64,000 nt of DNA from Minisyncoccota bacterium (lineage in GTDB: Bacteria > Patescibacteriota > Minisyncoccia > Phycocordibacterales > Phycocordibacteraceae). Position 1 is the first letter of the stretch; each line of letters opens with the position of its first letter. Made by a program: the position numbers and the translations under genes. The stretch is from NCBI GenBank assembly GCA_041660025.1, contig JBAZXD010000002.1:68635-132634 (forward strand), written 5' to 3'. Positions 19,120-27,681 of this stretch are shown piece after piece. The notes below the pieces were generated by a model, which saw nothing but the letters and a program-made list of their open reading frames with translations, was not told the DNA's origin and ran no database searches.

Positions 19120-20169
19120 ATGAGTAAAATCATCGCAGTGCTGGCGCTCGCAATCGCGACGCTGGCTGTCCCAGTCGCATCTGTTGCGGCGACTTGGAAA
19201 CCGTTCTTCCGTGGGATTAACAACCCTGCGGAACTCGAGGGCAAGATAGAAGCCTCACTCGCGAAGAACCCGAAGGGTACCAGTATGCTCGACCCGGAGC
19301 GTTGTAAGCGCGACGGATCGTGTGCCACGCCTCTGAATTATTTAGAGGCGCTGAAGCAGGTGGATCCAGGCGCACACCTTACCAGTGTGGCGCAGGTTCC
19401 CGGCTTCCTCCGGACGCTTCAAGTGATTGACGCGCCCGTTGGCGAATACTGGATCTCGTGTTTGAAGCCTTCGGGCCGCGGCACCTATCGGGCAGTACTT
19501 CACTGTCTCTCTCGCTCATTCAAGAAAGGCGAGAAGGCGTGGGTTGATCCGAAGACGAATAAAATCGTGTTCGCCTCGGATTGCACGAATCCGGTGGAAA
19601 AGCCGGTGAAAGAGGAATGTGTGTACATTCCGTTCATCACGAAATCCGTCAACACAGTCGTGCGATTCGCAGCTGTCGGTCCCGCTGACATCCGGAAGGA
19701 CGATGATTGCCTCGCGGTGAAAGCGGCAGGCGATACGGAGTTCGAGAGGTGGTGGGCCGACAAATGTGCTTCGGTGTACTGCGATTTCTCTGCTCCCGCC
19801 GCAGTGGTCGGACAGAGAATCCTGGTCATCGGTAGTTATGAACCGAAACCAGGCGAGCACATCCTGCGTCTTCCGAAGTACTTTGCAGAAAAAGGGTCGC
19901 TGTTCGTGACTCTTCTCTGCATCGAAAATACGAAGATGACGTGGCCGGAGCTTCCGAACCAGTCGGCTTCTCGGGAACAAATCGCTGAATGGATTGCCGG
20001 ACACTCCGACACCATAGGTGTCCGGTGGCATGACTATCGGGTAACGCAATCCGGGAGAAGGGAAGCAAGGGTGTTTTACACCAAGGCCGATGTTCCACCG
20101 GGTCTGTCCGTGTCTCAGTCCGAGCTGTATTGGCATTGGGGCGAATGGGCCCGGATGCAAGCGCGTTAG
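19120..20169 (+). CDS. secreted cysteine-rich protein (hypothetical)
   Basis: Signal peptide 'MSKIIAVLALAIATLAVPVASVAA' followed by about 12 Cys in motifs 'ERCKRDGSCATP', 'DCTNPVEKPVKEECVY', 'DKCASVYCDF'. No sortase C-terminal signal. GC is visibly lower than in neighbouring genes. Confidence 0.6.
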   Translation: MSKIIAVLALAIATLAVPVASVAATWKPFFRGINNPAELEGKIEASLAKNPKGTSMLDPERCKRDGSCATPLNYLEALKQVDPGAHLTSVAQVPGFLRTLQVIDAPVGEYWISCLKPSGRGTYRAVLHCLSRSFKKGEKAWVDPKTNKIVFASDCTNPVEKPVKEECVYIPFITKSVNTVVRFAAVGPADIRKDDDCLAVKAAGDTEFERWWADKCASVYCDFSAPAAVVGQRILVIGSYEPKPGEHILRLPKYFAEKGSLFVTLLCIENTKMTWPELPNQSASREQIAEWIAGHSDTIGVRWHDYRVTQSGRREARVFYTKADVPPGLSVSQSELYWHWGEWARMQAR

Positions 20170-20271
20170 CTTGTCGGACGACAGGGAGAATGCGGGGGCG
20201 TTGAATAAACGCTCTCGCATCCACTCCCTTTTTATACGCCGCGCAAGCGGCAGAGGAGTATTTCACAAATC

Positions 20272-21720
20272 GTGATAAAAACAAAAACAGCACTTACGTA
20301 TTATGGTCGACCGATTCTTATCGGTCTCTTTACCGTGCTATTTACGGTCGCTATCGGCATGTCAATCGCGTTTGCAACAGGCTTCACTACGCCGGCAAAA
20401 GTCTTGGCTCAGGTACTGCCGCCTTGTTGCGTCATACCTCCGCCCCCTCCGCCTGCCCCAGTACTTCCTCCGTGTTGTGTCATTCCGCCACCTCCTCCGC
20501 CACCCCTGCCGCCACCTCCGCCGCCACCCCTGCCTCCTCCTCCGCTTCTCGCACCGACTCCCATAACGCCGGCTCCGACGCCGACGCCTGCTCCCACGCT
20601 CGTTCCGGAACCAACTCCCACACCGACCCCTGAACTCCCTCCCGCGCCTACTCCAACTCCCACACCAACGCCAACGCCAACGCCAACCCCCGAACCCCCG
20701 TCTCCGCCGCCTCCAACTCCCGAACCTCCTCTACCTCCTCCTCCCGAACCCCCACTCCCACCTCCTTCTGGCGGTGGTGGTAGTAGCGGTGGCGGCGGAG
20801 GGGGTGGCGGCGGCGGAGGCTCGCCCTCGCCGACCATCACGCTCGCAGTGCTCCCGCACGTGCTTTCTCAGCCGCTCGCGTATCTCTATCTCTCACAGAT
20901 CCCGTATACCGGCCTCGACCTCGGACCGATCGGCACCGTGCTCTATTGGCTTGCGCTTATCGGTTGGTCGCTTGCGCTCGCCTACCTCATCCTCTTCGGC
21001 GCCGCGCCGCTGGCGAACCGCCGCGTGCGCGACTTCGCATCTCGCATCAAGACCGCGCTCAACGCGCGTGAACTCCTGCCCGAGGAGAGGCAGGCGGTTC
21101 CTGCTGTCGCGCACACGGATGAGAAACCGCGTACGGAGCATACATTCCCCGAACCGTCGCGCGGGCACTCTTCGTATGAAGGATTCAAGTCGTATGCACA
21201 CGGCGGCGCTCTCTCGATCGAGGATATCGTGAAGGCTCTTTCGCGGGAGCGCCACGAAACGGCCACCGAATACGGCTCGCAATCGCGTCCGGCAGTCGAG
21301 CCGGTGTATGAAAATGTCGAGCCGATCTACGAACACACTGAGCCGGTGTATGAAAATGTCGAGCCAATCGCCGCTGCCGAGGTAAGAGTAGTGCCGCCGC
21401 ACATCCGCGGCTTCATCAGCGCGCTTGTTGAGGGCGACCGCACGGCGGTCTTTGCCGGATTGCGCCAGCACGTGCGCGGTGCCGGTGCGCCGGAACAACT
21501 CATCTCGTCCGCGATTTGTCTCCTCGATGATGCCTACCGTGCGCGTGTTGACGGAACCCTCTGCGACGAAAATATCGCGCGGCTGACCGCGCGCCTCAAC
21601 ACGCCGACTCTGGAGAAGCTTATCGCTTCGCTCGCCACAGCGGTCGATTCAAGCTATTCAGAAGGAGTCATCGGCGCGAAACTCGCGCTTACCCGCGCTC
21701 TCGCCGTCATCGGCGCTTAG
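20272..21720 (+). CDS. proline-rich low-complexity membrane protein with an internal sortase-like sorting signal and a cytoplasmic tandem-repeat tail (hypothetical)
   Basis: GTG start, N-terminal TM helix, duplicated 'VLPPCCVIPPPPPP', (PT)n and poly-Gly tracts. Then 'IPYTG' + hydrophobic helix 'LDLGPIGTVLYWLALIGWSLALAYLILFG' + 'NRRVRDFASR'. Then about 230 aa with tandem 'EPVYENVEPIYEHTEPVYENVEPI'. Confidence 0.6.
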   Translation: MIKTKTALTYYGRPILIGLFTVLFTVAIGMSIAFATGFTTPAKVLAQVLPPCCVIPPPPPPAPVLPPCCVIPPPPPPPLPPPPPPPLPPPPLLAPTPITPAPTPTPAPTLVPEPTPTPTPELPPAPTPTPTPTPTPTPTPEPPSPPPPTPEPPLPPPPEPPLPPPSGGGGSSGGGGGGGGGGGSPSPTITLAVLPHVLSQPLAYLYLSQIPYTGLDLGPIGTVLYWLALIGWSLALAYLILFGAAPLANRRVRDFASRIKTALNARELLPEERQAVPAVAHTDEKPRTEHTFPEPSRGHSSYEGFKSYAHGGALSIEDIVKALSRERHETATEYGSQSRPAVEPVYENVEPIYEHTEPVYENVEPIAAAEVRVVPPHIRGFISALVEGDRTAVFAGLRQHVRGAGAPEQLISSAICLLDDAYRARVDGTLCDENIARLTARLNTPTLEKLIASLATAVDSSYSEGVIGAKLALTRALAVIGA

Positions 21721-22950
21721 TTACTTCCGCGAGCGGATCTCTTCGCTCGCTTTCGGTATGAAATCCGAGAGGGAAGCTATATCCAGTTTCCCCTGGTCGC
21801 GACTGTCGACTGAAATGGTTTTCGCCTCTACTTCCTTATCGCCGACGATGAGCAGATAGGGGATTTTTTCCGTCTTTGCATTTCGTATTTTCTTACCGAG
21901 CGATTCGTTCGCCTCATCCGCATCTGCGCGGATATTTGTCGCTTTCAATGCATTCAAAACTTCTTTTGCGTACGCAGTGTGCTTCTCAGAGACCGGGAGC
22001 ACGCGCGCCTGCACCGGACTAAGCCAGAGCGGAAGTATGCCAGCCGTGTGCTCAAGCAGAACAGCCGTGAAGCGCTCAATGGAGCCCATAATGGCGGAGT
22101 GGATCATCACAATGCGCTCGTGCTCGCCTTTCTCATTGACGCAGGAGAGGTCAAAGCGCTCGGGGAGGTTCATGTCGAGCTGAATAGTCGCTACCTGATG
22201 CTGACGGCCAAGAGAATCGCTTGCGATGAAGTCGAGTTTGGGTCCGTAGAGCGCGGCCTCGCCCGGTGCTTCAAAAGAATCGGCACCGCGCTCGCGCGCT
22301 ATCTCTCGCAAAGAATCTTCCGCGCTTTTCCAGATCTCCGGCGTGCCGAGATATTTCTCAGGCGCTTTCGGGTCGTGGAACGAGAGCCGCACTTTGAGGT
22401 CGGTGAATCCGAATTGTGTATAAAAGGTATCGATGATATCCCAAATCTTAAGGAATTCTTCTTTGATTTGCGTTGTGCGGCAAAAAACGTGGCTGTCGTC
22501 CTGCGTGATAGAGAGTACACGCGTGAGTCCGTTCAGTTCTCCCGATTGTTCGTCGCGATACACCATCGTCGTCTCGGCATACCGTTGAGGCATCTCGCGA
22601 TAAGAGTGCGGCCGGCGGGCGAAGATTTGCGTGTGATGCGGACAATTCATCGGTTTGATAGCGTACTCGCGCTCGTCGCGCGAGGTCATTTTGAAGAGGT
22701 CTTCGGCAAATTTTTCCCAATGGCCGGAAGTCTCGTACAGACTGCGCTTCGTGATGTGCGGGATGGTGACTCGCTGATAGTCGTATTTCGAGCGGAGCTC
22801 CCAGACGAACTGGTCCAACTCCTGGCGAACAACTGTGCCCTTTGGCGTCCAGAGCGGGAGGCCGGAGCCTACGAGCTCAGAGAAGGTAAACAAATCGAGC
22901 TCTTTGCCGAGCTTCTTGTGGTCGCGCTCTTTACCAGCTTCTGTATCCAT
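21721..22950 (-). CDS. thrS: threonine--tRNA ligase, catalytic + anticodon-binding domains only (no N-terminal TGS/editing domains)
   Basis: Class II core 'YAIKPMNCPHHTQIF...RVLSITQDDSHVFC' with the Zn ligands and a C-terminal anticodon domain. Start set at internal Met 'MDTEAGKERDHKKLGKELDLF'; the upstream 35 codons in the ORF track look like read-in. Confidence 0.85.
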   Translation of the reverse strand: MDTEAGKERDHKKLGKELDLFTFSELVGSGLPLWTPKGTVVRQELDQFVWELRSKYDYQRVTIPHITKRSLYETSGHWEKFAEDLFKMTSRDEREYAIKPMNCPHHTQIFARRPHSYREMPQRYAETTMVYRDEQSGELNGLTRVLSITQDDSHVFCRTTQIKEEFLKIWDIIDTFYTQFGFTDLKVRLSFHDPKAPEKYLGTPEIWKSAEDSLREIARERGADSFEAPGEAALYGPKLDFIASDSLGRQHQVATIQLDMNLPERFDLSCVNEKGEHERIVMIHSAIMGSIERFTAVLLEHTAGILPLWLSPVQARVLPVSEKHTAYAKEVLNALKATNIRADADEANESLGKKIRNAKTEKIPYLLIVGDKEVEAKTISVDSRDQGKLDIASLSDFIPKASEEIRSRK

Positions 22951-22976
22951 ATAGAGAAGAGAATAGCATACCGAAA

Positions 22977-25900
22977 TCAGAGCGGCTTCAGCTCCTCGAT
23001 AGCGAGCGAAGGCTCGCCGTTCCTGACCGAGACCTTGCCCTTCACCAGGAGGCACGTACCGGGTGCGATAAGAGTCGCGTGTTCCTTTAAGAGCTTCGGG
23101 AAGATAACCGCCTCTATCGAGTCGGTCGTGTCCTCAACGGTGATGAACGCCATCTTCTCTCCGCTCTTGGTAAGGATGTTACGCACGATGGTAACGAGGA
23201 CCGGCAGGATGAGCAGCATTCCCGGTTGCGGCTCCTCCTTCACTTTCTTGATGGAGAGGTGAGCTTTCTTGGTGATAGCCTCGTGCGCGTCGAGCGGATG
23301 ACCGCTCACATAGATACCGAGCAGTTCTTTTTCCCACGCAAGCTTGTCGAGGAGAGACGTCGCTTTTCCTTCGGGAAGGATAAGGGAAGGAGCGGCGAAC
23401 GCGCCGAAGAGGGAATCTTGCGGTGCCGCCGCCGTCGCTTCACGGTGGAATGCAAGCATGGTTTCAATATTTTCGAGCATCGAGCCGCGCTTGTGCTCCG
23501 ACGTGTTGAGAGAATCTAGCGCGCCGCACTTAATCAATGATTCCAGTGATTTTCGGTTCAGATTCTTCGAACCGACGCGCGAGAGGAAGTCGGATAGCGT
23601 CTTGAAGGGACCGTGCGTTTTTCGTTCGGCGATGATGGCTTCCGAAATTCCGTCGCCGAAATTTTTTATTGAAGAAAGTCCAAATCGAATTGCTTCGCCG
23701 TTTGAAACTACCGTAAATACCGTTCCGCTCTCGTTCACATCTGGCGGGAGCACGGGGATTCCCATGCGCTTCGCCTCGGCGACGAAGATGGAGATCTGCT
23801 CAGTGTCGCCCGAGTCGGCGGTGAGGACTGCCGCGAGATATTCCACCGGATAATTCGCTTTCATATAGGCGGTCTGATAGGCGACCTTTCCGTAAGATGC
23901 GGCGTGCGCCTTATTGAAGCCGTAGGCGGCGAACGGCTCTATCAGCTCCCACAGTTTTTCGGAGAGCTGTTTGGAGAGTTTGCCGTATTCCATAAAACCT
24001 TTCATCAATTTCTGCTTCTCCGCCTGCATGACCTTCGGGATTTTCTTGCCCATCGCTTTGCGGAGCGCGTCCGCTTCGAGCCACGAATAACCGCCGAGCT
24101 TGATGGCGGTGAGAAGCACATCGTCCTGATAGACGAGAATGCCGTAGGAGAAATCAAGATACTCTTTCATCCGCGGGTCGAGATAATGGATGAGCTTCGG
24201 GTTATGTTTGCGTTCAATGTAGCTGGGAATCGTTTCCATCGGCCCCGGGCGGTACAGGGCGACCATTGCGTTGATGTCGTGGATGGTGGACGGCTTCAGC
24301 TCTTTGAGCCAGCGAGTCATGCCGGAGCCATTCAGCTGAAACGTTCCTTCGGTTTCGCCGCGCGCGAGCATCTGATAGGTCTTTGCGTCGTCGATCGGTA
24401 CGTTCTCGATATCGACCGCAATTGAGCGCGATTCCTTCACTCGCGCGACCGCATCAGCGAGAATGGCGAGGTTCTTGATACCGAGAAAATCGAATTTCAG
24501 GAGCCCGACGCCGCCGTACTCGTCGGTGATGGAATACATATCGTACTGCGTGATGATCTTTCCGGTGCCTTTCGGGTCGGGCTGAATAGGAGTCCATTCA
24601 ATGAGCGGGGTCGGTGCGACCACGACGCCCGCTGCGTGGACGCCGACGTGTCGCACACATCCCTCGATGCGTTTCGCGAGGTCGAGGATTTCCCGGGACT
24701 CATCGTCCTCATCGTAGAGCGCTTTCAGGTCCGGTTCCAGCTCGAGCGCATGGTCAATGGTCATCGGGAATCCCTGGGAGCCCATCGGGATAAGTTTCGC
24801 GATTCGGTCTCCGGTGGTGTAGGAGTGTCCGAGCGCTCGCGCGACGTCGCGCACCGCCGCGCGCGCCATCATCGTGCCGAAGGTGCCGATCTGTGCCACG
24901 TGGTCCTCCCCATATTTTTTCTTCGTATACGCGATCATCTCGTCGCGTCGATTATCGGCGATGTCCATATCAATATCCGGCGCTTTCGGGCGCTCCGGGT
25001 TAAGGAACCGTTCGAACGGCAGTTTATAGAAAAGCGGGTTCACGTTCGTGATGCCGATGAGATATGCGACGAGACTTCCGGCTGCGCTTCCGCGCGTGGT
25101 GGTGAGGATGCCAGCTCCTCGTGCGAAGGCGAGCAGGTCGGCGACGATGAGGTAGTACACGGCGAAGCCTTTGCCGATGATGATGTTCAATTCGTATTCG
25201 ATGCGGTCGGTGACCTCTTTCGTTTCTTCGAGCTTTCGCGTGGCAATACCGGCATAGGCCTTTGCACGCAGTTCTTCATCGTGATTTTTGAAGCCGGGTG
25301 AGACGGGAACTGCGGGGAAGGTCCATTTCCCGAGGTCGAAGGAGAGGGAACAGCGGTCGGCGATCTTCCGTGAGTTGTCTACCGCCTCGGGGATATCGTT
25401 GAAGAACGAGAGTGCGCGCTTCTCGCCGATGAACGAGAAATCCTCGTCCTCGTTCTTTCCGTGCGCGCCGTGCTGGATGCGGCGCATGATCTCGGTCGCC
25501 TCGCGGTCGTCGGGCGCGAGGTAATAGACGTCGTTCTGGGCGACAAGCGGCGTTGCGCTCGCGCGAGCGAGTGCGACGATTTTTTTCATCAATGCTTCGT
25601 GCCCCTCGACTTTCGGATGGTGCGTAATCTCGAGGAATACATTTTCAGTACCAAAGATGCCCTTGAATTCCGAAAGCGCGGCCGCCGCGCCGTTCTCGTC
25701 GCCCGCGCGCAGGAGCTGGGCGACGTCGCCGGCAAAAGAGGGAATGAGCGCGATGAGACCGCGAGCATGTTCGCGTAGCAACTCTTTATCCATACGCGGC
25801 CGCTCATAGAACCCTTCCGTCCACGACTTCGTCACAAGCGCGAGAAGATTGGTGTAGCCCTCATTATTTTCCGCTAAGAGGACGATGCGCGAGCGCTTCG

Positions 25901-26153
25901 CGTCGATGTTCTGGTCTCGGTCGTGGCGCGAGCGCGGGGCGAGATAGGCGTCGACGCCGAGAATCGGCTTGATGCCCGCACTGGTCGCCGCCTTATAGAA
26001 CTCGATTGCGCCGTGCATATTGCCGGCGTCAGTGAGTGCGAGCGCATCCATCCCCTCCTTTTTCGCTTTCTCCACAAGCTCGTCCACCTTCGGGAGCGCC
26101 TGGAGAAACGAATAGTGGCTGTGCGTATGCAGGTGGATGAAGCGACTTACCAT
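22977..26153 (-). CDS. dnaE: DNA polymerase III alpha subunit (DnaE), compact form of about 1059 aa
   Basis: PHP N-terminus 'MVSRFIHLHTHSHYSFLQALPKVDELVEKAKKEGMDALALTDAGNMHGAIEFYKA' and the Pol III alpha core follow. The ORF track extends to 26864 only because the antisense of rnhB carries no stops; start set at ATG 26153. Confidence 0.9.
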   Translation of the reverse strand: MVSRFIHLHTHSHYSFLQALPKVDELVEKAKKEGMDALALTDAGNMHGAIEFYKAATSAGIKPILGVDAYLAPRSRHDRDQNIDAKRSRIVLLAENNEGYTNLLALVTKSWTEGFYERPRMDKELLREHARGLIALIPSFAGDVAQLLRAGDENGAAAALSEFKGIFGTENVFLEITHHPKVEGHEALMKKIVALARASATPLVAQNDVYYLAPDDREATEIMRRIQHGAHGKNEDEDFSFIGEKRALSFFNDIPEAVDNSRKIADRCSLSFDLGKWTFPAVPVSPGFKNHDEELRAKAYAGIATRKLEETKEVTDRIEYELNIIIGKGFAVYYLIVADLLAFARGAGILTTTRGSAAGSLVAYLIGITNVNPLFYKLPFERFLNPERPKAPDIDMDIADNRRDEMIAYTKKKYGEDHVAQIGTFGTMMARAAVRDVARALGHSYTTGDRIAKLIPMGSQGFPMTIDHALELEPDLKALYDEDDESREILDLAKRIEGCVRHVGVHAAGVVVAPTPLIEWTPIQPDPKGTGKIITQYDMYSITDEYGGVGLLKFDFLGIKNLAILADAVARVKESRSIAVDIENVPIDDAKTYQMLARGETEGTFQLNGSGMTRWLKELKPSTIHDINAMVALYRPGPMETIPSYIERKHNPKLIHYLDPRMKEYLDFSYGILVYQDDVLLTAIKLGGYSWLEADALRKAMGKKIPKVMQAEKQKLMKGFMEYGKLSKQLSEKLWELIEPFAAYGFNKAHAASYGKVAYQTAYMKANYPVEYLAAVLTADSGDTEQISIFVAEAKRMGIPVLPPDVNESGTVFTVVSNGEAIRFGLSSIKNFGDGISEAIIAERKTHGPFKTLSDFLSRVGSKNLNRKSLESLIKCGALDSLNTSEHKRGSMLENIETMLAFHREATAAAPQDSLFGAFAAPSLILPEGKATSLLDKLAWEKELLGIYVSGHPLDAHEAITKKAHLSIKKVKEEPQPGMLLILPVLVTIVRNILTKSGEKMAFITVEDTTDSIEAVIFPKLLKEHATLIAPGTCLLVKGKVSVRNGEPSLAIEELKPL

Positions 26154-26174
26154 GCGCTCCAGTATACTTTCTGT

Positions 26175-26768
26175 ATGCGATTTATGCTCGGGGTGGATGA
26201 GGCGGGGCGGGGGCCTCTTGCGGGGCCGGTAGCGGTCGGCGTGGTCGCCGTACCGGAGGGATTCGATGTGGCGCGGGAGTTCCCGGGAGTTGCAGACTCG
26301 AAAAAGCTCTCGGAAAAGAATCGCGAGAAGATTTTTACACTGCTTACCACGCGCGTCGCGGCGGGCGATGCGCGCTTCGCAGTCGAATTCGAAAGTGCCG
26401 AGGTTATTGATAAGGAAGGCATCGCGGTGGCGGTGCGCCGCGCGCTCGCGCGCGGCGTGAATGCGCTCGCTCCAGATGCGGCGCTCGTGCGTGTCCAGCT
26501 CGACGGCGCGCTTCACGCGCCGCCTGAATATTCCCAAGAAACCATCATCAACGGCGACGAACTCGTCCCGCTCATCTCGCTCGCCTCCATCGCGGCGAAG
26601 GTGGCGCGCGACCGGCTGATGGTGGAGGTCGCGAAAGAGTATCCGCTCTACGGTTTCGAACAGCATAAAGGCTACGGTACTCGGGCGCACTACGAAATGC
26701 TCGAGAAACACGGCCTCTGCGCTATCCACCGCCGCTCCTTCATACACCTTGATTTTAGAGACAAATAG
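26175..26768 (+). CDS. rnhB: ribonuclease HII
   Basis: 'MLGVDEAGRGPLAGPVAVGVVAV...GVADSKKLSEKNRE' is the RNase HII DEDD signature. Start at ATG 26175 or 26184. Divergent from dnaE with only about 21-30 bp between the starts. Confidence 0.85.
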   Translation: MRFMLGVDEAGRGPLAGPVAVGVVAVPEGFDVAREFPGVADSKKLSEKNREKIFTLLTTRVAAGDARFAVEFESAEVIDKEGIAVAVRRALARGVNALAPDAALVRVQLDGALHAPPEYSQETIINGDELVPLISLASIAAKVARDRLMVEVAKEYPLYGFEQHKGYGTRAHYEMLEKHGLCAIHRRSFIHLDFRDK

Positions 26769-26789
26769 GACTATATTGTCCGCTTGTGT

Positions 26790-27215
26790 CCAGCTATGGT
26801 AATCACCATGGGGGATGGGCACATAGAACAAGAACCTTTGATTTCGGAGAAGAGAAAGTGGCAAAAGAAAAAGGGAAGCATTGGTTAGAAGTAGACAGTC
26901 ATAAAAAAAGGCTTAAGGGAACCGGATTTGTAAAATGTATCCAGTGTCCCGGAGCCACAGGAAGAATCGCATCGGGAATCGTGGGAGAAGAGAGGGGCAA
27001 GAAGCTTATGGATTGCTCAAGGGTCTACGGGAAGGTTAAGTTGATAACCGAGGATCAAGCCAAGAGATGTGATGGCAAAAATCCTCTGTCGTCCAGCAAG
27101 GACGAAATACTCCAAGCGCACCATAAGCCAAGTCCTATATTTCCACGTCACAGACATCATCAACTGTGACATCTCGGCTTCGGCCATAACCAGCGCGTCT
27201 CCCTCGGGAGCGCGC
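26790..27215 (+). ncRNA. candidate structured RNA gene in an AT-rich island ending at an intrinsic terminator; identity unresolved (RNase P RNA is one possibility)
   Basis: About 425 bp visibly AT-richer than the flanking CDS. The only ORF here (26786..27169) has non-protein-like composition with no hydrophobic core. It ends at the 27193..27227 terminator. Short matches to bacterial RNase P RNA: 'GUCCCGGAGCCACAGG' (cf. P4 'GUCCGGGCUCCAUAGG'), 'AAGCGCACC' (cf. 'GAGCGCACC'), 'ACAGA...CGGCUU' near the 3' end. Confidence 0.3.
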
Positions 27216-27227
27216 TTTGTATTTTTA
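27193..27227 (+). terminator. rho-independent terminator
   Basis: GCGCG(T)CTCC-CTCG-GGAGCGCGC followed by TTTGTATTTTTA. Confidence 0.6.
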
Positions 27228-27252
27228 TACTCGCTGTGATAAGGTAGCACCT

Positions 27253-27609
27253 ATGTCAATCCGAATGCGCCATACAAGAGGCCACACCGGCAACCGCCGG
27301 TCGCATCACGCGCTCTCCGCCACCAAGACGGTGACGGATAAAGAGAGCGGGAATCTCCGCCTCCCTCACCACCTCGACGAGGCGACGGGTATGTACCGTG
27401 GCAAGCAGATCGCGGCACCGCGCGTGAAGGCCGCGAAGGGCGAGAAGAAGGTAAGAGGTCTATCGACCGAACCGACGCCTGTGCACATTCACGAGCATGC
27501 GGCAGAGGTACACGCGAACGCCGAAGCGAAGAGTTCGAAGGGTATCTCCGGCAAGGTCGCTACCGGCGGTCGGCCGAAGGCGCGGAGCGGTTTCGGCGGT
27601 GGAGTGTAA
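27253..27609 (+). CDS. rpmF: 50S ribosomal protein L32 with an unusually long C-terminal extension
   Basis: 'MSIRMRHTRGHTGNRRSHHALSATKTVTDKESGNLRLPHHLDEATGMYRGKQI' matches the L32 pattern (RRSH.AL...HH...YRGK). An extra ~60 basic/Gly-rich residues follow. Confidence 0.72.
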   Translation: MSIRMRHTRGHTGNRRSHHALSATKTVTDKESGNLRLPHHLDEATGMYRGKQIAAPRVKAAKGEKKVRGLSTEPTPVHIHEHAAEVHANAEAKSSKGISGKVATGGRPKARSGFGGGV

Positions 27610-27623
27610 TTTTCAACAGGAGA

Positions 27624-27652
27624 AAAACGGCCGCGCTTGCGCGGCCGTTTTG
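27624..27652 (+). terminator. rho-independent terminator after rpmF
   Basis: AAAACGGCCGCGC-TT-GCGCGGCCGTTTT, a 13-bp perfect stem, then GTTTGC. Confidence 0.65.
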
Positions 27653-27681
27653 TTTGCTATACTACTCGCACAGATCTTTCC

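Noticed and set aside
26154-26864. The 237-codon N-terminal extension of the dnaE ORF in the track (start shown at 26864)
   Set aside because: The extension is just the stop-free antisense of rnhB. The conserved PHP-domain N-terminus of DnaE begins at the Met encoded at 26153.
26786-27230. tmRNA (ssrA) as the identity of the AT-rich island
   Set aside because: A GGGGG run exists near 26810, but there is no matching 3' acceptor strand, no T-arm (GGTTCGA...TCC) and no CCA context. No ANDENYALAA-like tag frame was found.
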